A DNA stretch of 64,000 nt from Octopus vulgaris. Taxonomy: Eukaryota. Below the pieces are notes generated by a model. That model made no database searches. It saw nothing but the letters and a program-made list of their open reading frames with translations, and was not told where the DNA came from. How positions within the stretch are numbered: position 1 is the stretch's first letter; each line of letters starts with the position of its first letter. Of the stretch, positions 38,262 through 49,139 are shown piece by piece. Location of the stretch: contig OX597817.1 of the NCBI GenBank assembly GCA_951406725.2, forward strand, positions 110,236,001 through 110,300,000. Direction: 5' to 3'. The translations under genes and the position numbers were made by a program.

Positions 38262-38539
38262 ACTTGACAACAATAGTTGTTTCCTTTAGGTTTGTATTGA
38301 CGCTGACCATATTCGTTTGATAACTTGTTTTCAATTTCTTCCTTAGTATGAAATATACCTGGGTATTTTTTTTTCATAAGCATTTTCATCACGATACTTT
38401 TTTGAATCTTAGGCGTTACTTGACGTTTTAGCTTTGCTCGATTGCGTGAAATATCTGGAGCATGCTTAAAATCATTTAATTTTGCATACACATATATATC
38501 CATTATCATGAAAATTAGAAATAACTTATTTGCACACAT
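38262..38539 (-). CDS. Spaetzle-like cystine-knot protein, coding exon 1 (signal peptide plus basic prodomain)
   Basis: ttcttttcAG|ATG TGT GCA..TAT TGT TGT CAA GT|GTAAGT; 278 nt, phase 2; hydrophobic N-terminus LFLIFMIMDIYVYA, basic site RNRAKLKR, ends NNYCCQ(V). Confidence 0.88.
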
Positions 38540-39102
38540 CTGAAAAGAAGACAGAATTAATTTCAGCTGCAGATTGTTTGATAAATTTCAAATAATCTTT
38601 ATTTACTAAGTGTAAGACTGTCCTCCATTGTTCATAAGGATAACCACTAGAATTGAGACACTAGTCATGGTGTGTTAATATGAATAAGATTAGAAATATA
38701 AGTGAAATAAGCTATAAGAATGTCAGTATCCTATAAGATAGAATGATTCAAGATTACGTCATGGGACCCCAACAAGCAATTTTTTATTTTCATTGCTCCA
38801 TTTTGGTGAATAGAAAGCAATCATAATTTCATGCTTCTTAAGAGGTGAGCTGGCAGAATAGTTAGCATGCTGGATGAAATGCTTAGCAGTATTTCACCCA
38901 TCACTATGTTCTGAGTTCAAATTCCATCGAGGTCAACTTTGCCTTTCATCCTTTCGGGGTTAATAAATTAAGTACCAGTGAACCACTGAGGTTGATGTAA
39001 TCAACTAGTCCCCTCCCCACAAATTTCAGGCCTTGTGCCTTTAGTAGAAAGGATTATTTTATGCTTCTAATTCATGTCATTTTGATAATAATGCAAAGGG
39101 CA

Positions 39103-39794
39103 GATATTCAGTGCGAATATGTTTGATGCACATTCGAACTGGGGAACAAGCTACTTACTACATTTTATCATGGAGAATATATCTTGCTTGTTGACAAATA
39201 GGTTGTATGCACCTATTTCAGCTCACAGCACCATCTACTTAGACTGTGAGATGCTAGCATTTCGGAGTAGTTATCTCCTTGTCGATGACAGACACTAAGT
39301 AGATGACACTACAAGCTGAATTAAGAGATTACCTCTCTTGCTTTTCCAGTCACTGTACAATGACTGGCAGCTCACAGCACTATACAGTGACCCACTGTAA
39401 GTAAATTACAGAGTGGGAGCGCTAAACAGTGATAAGTGAAATTACAATGTTATTATCAGCCCGAATATGCTTGATGCATGTTCAAACTGGGGAACAAGCT
39501 ACTCACTGTGTTTTGTCAGCAAATATATTTCACTTGTTGACAAATTCAGCTTGTAGTGTCATCTACTTAGTGTCTGTGACCAATGAGGAGATAACTACTC
39601 CAAAATGCTAGAATCTCACAGTCTAAGTAGATGGTGCTGCAAGCTGATCTAGGTGTATACACACCATTTGTTAAGAAGCAAGATATATTCTCCATGACAA
39701 TATGCAGTGAGTAGCTTGTTTCCCAGTTTGAATGTTAATCAAGCATATTCGGACTGATAATAACATTATAATTTCACTGCTTGGCGCTTCCCCT
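39103..39794. mobile_element. Long-TIR MITE (about 39412-39794) preceded by a partial inverted copy (39103-39322)
   Basis: GTGAAATTACAATGTTATTATCAGCCCGAATATGCTTGA at the left end versus TCAAGCATATTCGGACTGATAATAACATTATAATTTCAC at the right end. Confidence 0.75.
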
Positions 39795-39869
39795 CCATAA
39801 CATTTTCAGGAAATTTGTCTCTTTTCTTGTTTATTTGTTTGTCATTAGTGTGGCATTTTGAGCCAGGCT

Positions 39870-42350
39870 GTGTTGTAGGGAAGGACTGAAAGTGAGGGAG
39901 TACACATGTCCTGTTGGAAGTGGAACCTGTGGGTCCTACTGGAAGGGCCACAGTGGGCATGTGGGGTCAGCGAGGTGCATGCAGCCAGTTGGCGGTGGAC
40001 AGTGCATGAGAGCAGGCATGTTAGATGGTATGGCAGTGGACAGGGCATGTGGACATTGTGAGTGAACCTTCCAGATCAAGACAGAGCACGTGGAAGTTGT
40101 GAGCAACCTTTTCCAGACCGACAGGTAAGACTACCAGGAGTCTCTCTCTGCTTCTGTCTTTTTCCTCCTTCACATCACAAGCTATTTCAGCTCTAAAAAA
40201 AAAATGAGTATGGTCCGTGTTTTGAATGAGATGGTTAGGCCATTTTGCGGCGAGGGAGATGTCACCGCTTGGCTCCAAAAAATTAAGTTGGTGGCAAAAC
40301 TCCACGGTATAGATGACCTAGCAAGTTTCATACCATTCTACCTCAATGGATCAGCGTTGGTGCTATACCTAGAAATGGAGGAGAAGGACCAGTTAAGTGC
40401 AGAAAAAATAGAAGGCCAGCTGATGGAGGCTTTACAGAAGGGCCATTTATGACATATGGTCAATCGAGGGAAGCGAAGTGGACAGATGAACAGGTTGATG
40501 TGTTTGCCAACAAAACCAGGAGATTGGCCAGACTTGTGGGATACAGGGATGACGCATTGGAACAAACAGTTAAATTAGCATTTGTGACAGGATTTCCTGA
40601 CCATGTGTTGGTCGAACTGCAAAAGCTGCCAAATATTCACTTCATGGCAATGGGAGAGGTATCTCAGACCAGAGCCATCATCTCATGTTGCAGGATGACA
40701 CCTTTAGCAGCAACTGCAACAACAAGAAGGGATCAAACAAAGAGCAACAGAGAGGGGTCGAACAAGGAATGTTTGCAACCTTTCAAAAGGCAGTGTTTTC
40801 AGTGTCGGGGTTTGCACATGGTGAGAGTCAATGTGGTGATGGGGATGGATGCCATTGTCCGTTTGGGAGGTATCACTGTCAATGAAGCCAGTCTAGCGTT
40901 TGGTGATGTGGGGGTACTATGCACTGTGAGTCCGGGACAGGAGAGTGGTAAGAGCTGCGAAGTAAAAAATATGCTGCACACACCATTACAGACAAGGATT
41001 TTCAGGTTGTGTCCAATGGCTGGCAGTGAACAGTGGAATGGTACTGGAAGGGAGATCCTCCGATGTTAAAAAACACAGTATACTGCTATCAACATACCCT
41101 GAAAGGGGATGCCAGAAGCAAGTTTGAGGGAGATGGGGAATGGTGGATCAAGGAAGGTATTCTGATCTCTTGAAAGGAGGAAGTGGAGAGTGGAATGCTA
41201 CCACTGATGGCAGTGGGGCAGCCAACGAAGCATAAAGTCAGGTCAGTTTTAGATTTCTGAGAACTGAACAACCACGCATTATGCTACATGGGCGGCGAAG
41301 CTATGGACATTAGCAGCAAAACTTTAAGAGAGTCAAGGTAAGTGATAGGGGCCTCCATAATCAGCAATTTGAAGTCGGCATACCTGCAGCTGCATGTGAC
41401 TGAGAGACTGTGGAAATATCAGCTTGTAAGATATAAGGGTCGGACATACTGCCTAACCAGGCTGGGATTTGAGCTAAATTCAGCACCAAAGATTATGGTG
41501 ACAATTCTCAAAACCATCCTGAGAAAGGCAGACAAAGTGAAAAGATCCACCACTTCCTATATTGATGACATCCTGGTAGAGGAGAGCACAGTGTTGGCAA
41601 AGGAGGTCATAAGCCACCTGAAGAGGTTTGGGCTAACTGCCAAACTGCTGGAAGTGATGGAAGGAGGAGCTGCACTGAGACTCAACTATGGAGAGATGAG
41701 GTTGGCGTATTTGTGCTTCGGAGAGGGAATAAGATCCCAGAACTGGGCTCCAAGACAAGTAGGTGAGAACTGTTTTCTGCGTGTAGGAAGCTGCTGGGAC
41801 ACTATCCGATTGTAGGATAGCTCTGGACAGCATGCAGCTTCATCATGAGGCAAGCTGAAGGAATGAGATGGAGTGACAACGTGGGTGAGAAGACAACTGC
41901 CATGATGCAAGAAGTCTTGGAGAGAGTGACTGTGGAGGACCCAGTAAGAGGAAACTGGTATGTGCCCAAATTGAAGACTGGGATTTTGTGGTGTGCTGTC
42001 AGCAGCATAGCAATGAGAGTTGTCCTGGAAATTGGAGGTGTCATGGTGGAGGATGCAGCCTGGCTCAGGAAGAAGGACGACTGCAACCACATCAACATGG
42101 TGTAGCTGGATGCTGTGTTGAAGAGGCTAAACCTGGCCCTGAGTAGGGGGCTGCATACTGATTCAGCCACTGTGCTTAGATGGGTGGGATCAGTGGTTAC
42201 CAGCAAGCAGAGGGAATTCTGGGTGAGCTAGCTGCCGAGTTTGACCTGAGGCTGAGTGTAGTTTTTGTGCCCTCTAAGAGCAGACATCCTGACCAGAGTA
42301 AAGAAAGCCTGGTTGCAAGTGTAAGAGGATCTGGAGCAAGGAGTGATTAA
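39870..42350 (+). mobile_element. Ty3/Gypsy LTR retrotransposon relic (gag, Zn knuckle, RT, RNase H)
   Basis: PFCGEGDVTAWLQKIKLVAKL gag, CFQCRGLH, LKSAYLQ, RLGFELNSAP, SYIDDILV; multiple frameshifts; boundaries approximate. Confidence 0.88.
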
Positions 42351-43008
42351 TATGATTTCAATCGTTTCATATAGCCAACAGCGGGGTTTTGTTTCACATT
42401 TTTGTAGCAGTTAAATAGATCATTATTCATTTCATAACTCCAAGAGAAATTAGTTTTGTAGTTATGGTTTCTTCTATAACTATCTATCTATGAAAGGTTC
42501 AAGAAACAAGACTAAAAAAAAATCACAAAAATATATCTAAAAATAAAATACGATTCGTAAAAACAATTGGTACTTTTTGGTTATCTCACCTCCATTAAAA
42601 AATTGCCATTATAAAATGGGGTTACCTCCTCTGTATGAAAAAAAAAACATCGCCTTTTTCAAGTTAGCTTTATATATGTCCTATCTTATTAATTTTTCTT
42701 GAGATTTACTTACATTCAGGACATTTTAAGAACTAATACAAATACTATCTTCATAATATAAAACAAACATCATAAATTTTAAGATGTACTGTAGAGTTAA
42801 ATCTTAATAAATATTCTCTTTTTGAGAGGTTTTATCAAAGATAGTTCAATTGAGAAGAGTCCATTTGCAAACGCATGTGCGCGCACACATACTACATACA
42901 TACATGCAGACATACATTTAGATTTAGATTCAGATGAATATGGCACTTAAGTTGAAGCACCAGAAATTTAGTAAGGTATTATCCATACAATTTAAAATAA
43001 GGTGATTA

Positions 43009-43111
43009 TAATCAAAATAAGCAAGAAGGATATCCAGAGGTAATGCAGTATGATCGAATGAAACAATCATACTGCATTACCTCTGGATATCCTTGTTGCT
43101 TATTTTGATTA
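43009..43111. repeat. Near-perfect hairpin, ~46-bp arms
   Basis: TAATCAAAATAAGCAAGAAGGATATCCAGAGGTAATGCAGTATGAT ... ATCATACTGCATTACCTCTGGATATCCTTGTTGCTTATTTTGATTA. Confidence 0.9.
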
Positions 43112-43487
43112 CATATATATGTATGTTGTGTGTGTGTGTGAGTATATATATATGTGTGTTCCTCATGTGTTTGCAATTTCGTTCTGACATAACTGAAATA
43201 ACTTTAAGATATATGGATTTAATAGATTGCAAAATTACTTTTCTTATAACTTTCTCATACCTCTGTTTATATTTTATCTAATATAAATAATATAATGTAT
43301 CTAATATTATTAATAATAATTGATTATTGTGTATGCTTATAAATGTAAATATGTATGTACATTTAAGTGTATATATAAGTATTTATGTATATTTATATAT
43401 GTATGTATCTGTATATGTATTTAAATGTGTGTATTTTTATTTATTTTATATTTATATTTATTTATAACTTAACCTTATGTACTTTAT

Positions 43488-43620
43488 AAAAATCTCTGAC
43501 GAAGCCTAGAGTAACACCCAAGTACCTCAATTTCATCTGCTTATTACTTCAGTCTACTGGAGGAATAAAGGTAGAATGAGGTATTTTTGCCTCTTGGCTG
43601 AAACAGCTGTAAGTTATTTT
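43488..43620 (+). ncRNA. Type I hammerhead ribozyme with intact core and ~97-nt stem II
   Basis: CTGACGA(43496)-AGCCTAGAG..AAGTACCTCA..CTTCAG tcta CTGGAG..TGAGGTATTT..CTCTTGGCT-GAAA(43600)-CAGCTG-TA; stem I AAAAATCT/AGTTATTTT is imperfect. Confidence 0.78.
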
Positions 43621-43821
43621 CCCAATTTATATTCCTGTATATTATATTTTAATAATAACTGGTATCTTTATATATTAATATATTTTTATATGTAAAGCAT
43701 AATATGTTATACATGTATATTCTCATAATTGTAATTTTAGTAAATAAATAAATAAATTAACATAATATAATGTCTAAAAGTTGATGAATACCACCTATTG
43801 ATCCCATCTATTTTCTTATTG

Positions 43822-43857
<36 letters not shown>

Positions 43858-44724
43858 TATTTATATTATTATGATTGAACACCATGCATCCTCTTCCAAG
43901 TAAGTTTTATCTATCTATCTATCTATCTATCTATCTCTCTATATATATACAGTCCCACTGAGAAGAAGTGGGGTTAACCTAAAGCCTAAGAGTTTAAGTG
44001 GCCCACAAACCAGACGAGGAAAAAAATATGAGGGTGTATCTTAGATAAATTTAAAAGAAACGAAGAAAGTAAATGAAAAGAAGTTTGTCAACGGAAAACC
44101 TAGGGAGATAAAAGAAAAACGAAAGAAATCAAAGAAATGAAAATAAGAACAACGTGAAGTATGACAACAGTTACAAGAACAACTTCAACAGAAACGAGAA
44201 GAAAAAGAAGCAATGGTGATGAAAGGTGTGGGTGTATACTTATGCATATATACATACAAAATATACACACACACACCTGCATGCATACAACAGACATACA
44301 TACATATACATACTTATACACACAGACTGGCGTTGGTGATAGACAAGGTTGAAAAGCTGGTCAGTACTTAATCTCTGTAGGTAATAAAATCTGGAGACAA
44401 AATTCTCAGAGAGTCTTCCGCCCGCCACCCCTATTTTCTCCCAAATTTTTTTTATTTTTTAATTCTTTAATAATTTTTTTTCTTTTTTTTTTTGCCAAAA
44501 ACCCCCGTTTTTGGATACGGAGGTTCCAGAAAATTGCCAAAATTCAGCATTGTTAAATTCTCCCCCACACTTCTGACCCCCACCCCAATTCTTCAATTTT
44601 GATTTTTTTTTTCCCCAACACTAACCCTAACCATAATTACAGAAATGTTTTGAAATGTGTGTGTTAATTTAAATTTGGCTATCTAGGAGTGAATCCACTT
44701 CATGCTTGCAAGATCCATTACATG

Positions 44725-44756
<32 letters not shown>

Positions 44757-44757
<1 letters not shown>

Positions 44758-46694
44758 CTATACAATATGTTACATTACTCGGTAGTCAAGATAAAACTCT
44801 GAGTTTCAGATGCCGAAGTGGAAATCCACAACACCATCTCTTCGGTTATCTGGCTATTTGAAAACGTTATGTAAAAAAACCGTTAAAAATGAAGGGAAAT
44901 TACTCTGTTATAACTCTGCTTTGCCTGCGTACTTATACATCGCTCGCATTTTTCGTCATAAAAATTATATAAAAATACATAAAAATATATAAAAATATAT
45001 AAAAATATATAAAATCTTCTTGGGACATAACACAGAAAGCATGTTCTATCCGTTTTCTTTAGGGGACCAAAAACGTAACAGAAATTTAGTCACATGTGGG
45101 CATGATCCGAAAAGCTCTGTCCTTGTATTTAGACATGTGGTAGGGTCTAAGCTGCTTTTCCAGATAAGCCATCTCTCCATGTCGCATAAACCGCACCTTC
45201 CGCTGCCGTTAGTATAGGGCTTACATCTGGCCAAAATCTTCCATTGTATGTTATAATCGACACCTTTATCTCTTAAAGACCAAATATGATTGGATAATTG
45301 TGTCGCTTTTTCTTTTGTTCCAGTGCCTAAAGCTCAAAGTGTGGTTATTGAACCTGGCCTTGAAATTACCCTCTGTCAGGCCCACGTATTTCTTCGTCGA
45401 AACGGTGTCTTTAGTGGTTATAGAGTTTACGGTAGCTTCATATATGATGGTCTTGGACATGCAAGCTCCATTTAGCGGGCACAATTCTTTATTCCTGCAT
45501 GAACAGCTGTTTTCTTCTTGTGTTTTTTGTATGTTATGATTGATTATGTTTTTAAAATTGGTAGTTGAACTAAAACTAATTTTTAAATTGTGTCTATTGA
45601 AGAGTTTCCTATAAGCATGGTTAACTGGAAAATGTCTATCTATCAGTGCTAGGAAATATTTACCTATATTGAAGGCCACCTCGGGTGAGTAAGGGGGCGT
45701 AAACCAGATGACCTTCCTATTTCTATTATTCCTTTTCCTTATTGTTGGGCTGGTGATAGGTGTATATTTTATTTTTTCGCTAAAACCACTATCTTTTAAA
45801 GCTTTATTATAAACTGGGGCAACACTATTGAAGATGTCCTCATTAGATGAGAGGCTAATATTTTTAACTAAATTTTTGAATACTATAGGGGGATGGCATG
45901 AACCTACATTAATATAACTAAGTCTATCATTGGGCTTCCTATAAGGCTTATAAATATTATTATTAAGATCTAAGGAAACGTCTAAGAAATTGACAACCGT
46001 CAGGTTAGTGTCTATAGTTATACTAAGTCCGAAGTGTTTCATTAACTGGATAATATCCTTCCTAAAACGATCTTGTGTTGTGGATTTCCACTTCGGCATC
46101 TGAAACTCAGAGTTTTATCTTGACTACCGAGTAATGTAACATATTGTATAGATAAATTTCCTCTATTTACATAATATTGAGGTCTCTTTCTTTCTTTTGT
46201 TATCTTACCGTTTTATCAATAAATCACCTCCCGGACGACGTTATTCTCAACTAAGAGTTAATACGACCTTTTTGGGATTATCGCCTAACATCGGTTGAGG
46301 ACTCTCACAAACAAAAGAATCTAATATGGACGCATATCACATAGATTATTCTATGAAAAATATACCGATCCCATCAAAGGATTTTTACTCTAAGAAACTT
46401 CTGCAAAAAATTACTGATGTAATTAAGCGTATGAGATGGAAGGCTTTCTTTTTTGACACAGAAGCGAACACCAAGGAAAACATTTGCTATCGGATAAAAT
46501 CCAAAAAATTCCCTCCTAGGATTAAAGGCTTGGAAGATTTCGAAGCGGACCTGCTGAAGATCATGAGCAAAATAAAGTTTCGTAAGTCTTTTAACAATTT
46601 CCAACATAAATTGAAAAAAGATATTGATCATATAAAAAGCTCCAAGAAAAAAGCACTTTTTTCGGATAAAACCAAGAACTCTGAACGCTATTAA
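44757..46694 (-). mobile_element. Penelope-like element: minus-strand RT C-terminus/GIY-YIG with hammerhead tail, fused to an inverted tail plus ORF 5' end
   Basis: NFLDVSLDL..YKPYRKPN, CSCRNKELCPLNGAC..IIYEA..YVGLTEGNFK; ~80-bp inverted repeat 44757-44833 / 46075-46152; + strand ORF start YSMKNIPIPS..KRMRWKAFFF at 46326. Confidence 0.92.
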
Positions 46695-46807
46695 TATTAT
46701 TTCAAAAAAACATTCTATCCTATAACGTTTTTTTGAAACAATATTAATAGCGTTCAGTTATCCGTCATTTTCTGTTAAAATGTCTTATTGACGAGTTTCA
46801 TTTTTTC

Positions 46808-46891
46808 ACTTCCCTGAAGAGATTACATTGCTTTATACCATTTTATTCCTTTGGAATAATATCAGTGATATCTTCAAAACGTGTCGGAAGT
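46808..46891 (+). ncRNA. Hammerhead ribozyme relic (GAAA changed to AAAA)
   Basis: ACTTCC-CTGAAGA-GATTACATTG...CAGTGATATCTTC-AAAA-CGTG-TC-GGAAGT with a perfect 6-bp stem I. Confidence 0.65.
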
Positions 46892-47053
46892 AAAAGAATC
46901 TGAATAACACCTGCGTTTAACTCTCTCTCTATATATATATATATATGTACATATATATATATTAGAAGAAATGAGGTACTCAGAAAATCGGATGGTTTAT
47001 ATTTACAGATATTTATTTGTATATTACATTTTTTATATATATCATATCACTTA

Positions 47054-47095
47054 GATCATGAGCGCTTTCTCCCATTCTAGTGGGGTTTTCAAATC
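47054..47095 (-). ncRNA. Minimal hammerhead relic
   Basis: GAT-TTGAAAA-CCCCACTAGAATGGGA-GAAA-GCGC-TC-ATGATC: GAAA, palindromic stem III and UC site kept; CUGANGA decayed. Confidence 0.5.
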
Positions 47096-47099
47096 AAAC

Positions 47100-47133
<34 letters not shown>

Positions 47134-47393
47134 ATATTTCTTTACTACCCACAAGAGGCTAAACACGGAGGGGACAAACAAGGGCAGACAAACGGATTAC
47201 GTCGACCCCGGTGCGTAACTGGTACTTAATTTATCGACCCTGAAAGGATGAAAGGCAAAGTCGACCTCGGCGGATTTTGAACTCAGAACGTAACGGCAGA
47301 CGAAATACAGCTACGCATTTCGCCCAGCTGCGCATTTCGCACACACTAAACACGAAAAGCGAAAAGATGAGACATCGTATTGAATCTGAGGCA

Positions 47394-47805
47394 ATCTTTC
47401 GTCTCAAGTAGACCTTTCCGTCGATTTCCGTAAAAATTTTTTTTTTTTTTTACATATGGGCTTGCGGGAACTTTTGAAGTAATGAGAGCGAAAGAGACTA
47501 AGAGAAAGCGATTGTATGAGGGAAATTCTTTTGAAGTTACCGTGCATAGGACGCATTGATGTACATGTGTGTGTGTGTGTGTTTGATGGGGTGTGGGAGA
47601 CAGACAGTATGTTGTGTAAGTGAAGTGCTTCTGTTAGTGTGTGAAGAGACAGAGTAATGTGTGAAAGAAAGAGATAACTGAAATTTTTTACTCGGTGTAT
47701 GTGTATATGTATGTATATTACTTCAAAAGTTCCCGCAAGCCCATATGTAAAAAAAAAATTTTATTTTTCGGAAATCGACGGAAAGGTCTACTAGAGACGA
47801 AAGAT
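47394..47805. repeat. ~90-bp inverted repeats inside the Merlin-like element
   Basis: GTAGACCTTTCCGTCGATTTCCG..TACATATGGGCTTGCGGGAACTTTTGAAGTAAT versus its reverse complement at 47717-47805. Confidence 0.85.
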
Positions 47806-48621
47806 CGCCGAATCTGATAATATTTCTGTAACAAATCATAGGAAAAACAAAAATTAAACATCTTACTGAATGCCTGTTGAGGAGGCCAAAAGTCAACAGT
47901 GTGTTGAAGTATTGAATCAAAAGTCTCCAACTTTTTTAATCTGCTCACTTGAAAAAAGTGATGGTTTTTATATATAGGAATAACCCACATTTTTAGTGGG
48001 TAGATGACCCCATTTTTTTTAATGGGGGTGAGATAACCAAAAAGTACCAAACAATTACATAAAAATTAAGTATAATAACGTAAGGGGTATTAGCCATCTG
48101 AATGTGGCTAGCCACTGGGGGGGTGTTACTGATGCTTAATATTTTAAAAAATACATGAACATAAAACAGATTTATGTATATGTTTGTGTATGTGTGTAGA
48201 TAACTGTGTGTGTGTGAATGACTACGTTAGTGTTTGTGTGTGAGAGTGTGTCAGTGACAGTAGCTGTCAAGAGAATGAGCGTCAGTCTTGAACATCAAAG
48301 CGTGTGTGGTATATCAAAACAAAAAATAAATGCATAAAATCTTTTTAAGGATTTTACCGAACACGCCATCAGGAATGACAAATAAAATATCTATATCGGA
48401 AGGATACCACCGAAATAAAATTCTTGGTTAAAGTATGACAATCATAAGTTTCTATTCTTGCCCGAACTAAAGATGTTACTAAGATTTGTCATGGCTATAA
48501 ATCAATATTTGTAATGTTTCACTCATCTTCAACAACTGCGTTAATATTTAGAATTAGAGACAAATATCAATGTTATTATATATTGAACACACTTTTTACA
48601 CATTACATAAAGAAAACTTAC

Positions 48622-48721
48622 TGCAGCCAGTGCCTGATTTTAGACTTTCAACGCTTTAAATCTCACGATCTTTTAATTTGTAAAGTATGTATGTAAACTA
48701 CTTCTATTCGGTTTATATATA
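48622..48721 (-). promoter_or_regulatory. Candidate TATA promoter and non-coding first exon of the Spaetzle-like gene
   Basis: TATATAAA at 48719-48712, CA about 31 nt downstream, ~67 nt without ATG, then GCA|GTAAGT donor; coding exon 1 starts at a splice acceptor and so needs an upstream exon. Confidence 0.5.
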
Positions 48722-49139
48722 GACAGGATATTGGAACATTGGTTCTAGAAATAGATATCGCAAATTTACTTTTAAATAAAAGATTATACGTAGTTTTCGG
48801 CCGCTGATTTTTCGCTAATTCAAATAACAAAGAAACCGCAATTTCAAAGTCATTGGCAATAATAAAGAAAAATCTCACCCAACTACATTATTCCCACCAA
48901 AGCATAAGAAAGGGTTTATGTAAGTTTAAAACTTGTTGAACAGGTCTGACAGAGAAAAATGTTGAAACTAACTTTAGACATAATTCAATTTCATATTTAT
49001 TTACACAATTTTGCTTTATTGGGGTGTCATAGGGGAATAACTATTAAATACCAGACTCACCCCATCTTTACTGTTGCGTTGAGAATACCCCAGTCAGAAG
49101 AAGAAAAATTAACATAAACATTTATTTACATGAAAGACA

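Larger units (their letters stand above)
42569..48048. mobile_element. 5.5-kb Merlin-like non-autonomous DNA transposon with nested insertions
   Basis: AAACAATT|GGTACTTTTTGGTTATCTCACCTCCATTAAAAAA ... TTTTTTAATGGGGGTGAGATAACCAAAAAGTACC|AAACAATT: ~34-bp TIRs starting GG and an exact 8-bp TSD. Confidence 0.82.

Noticed and set aside
45266-46099. 277-aa ORF as an intact gene starting MPKWKSTT
   Set aside because: The N-terminal residues come from the inverted PLE tail (same peptide at 44810); the rest is a 5'-truncated PLE RT/EN
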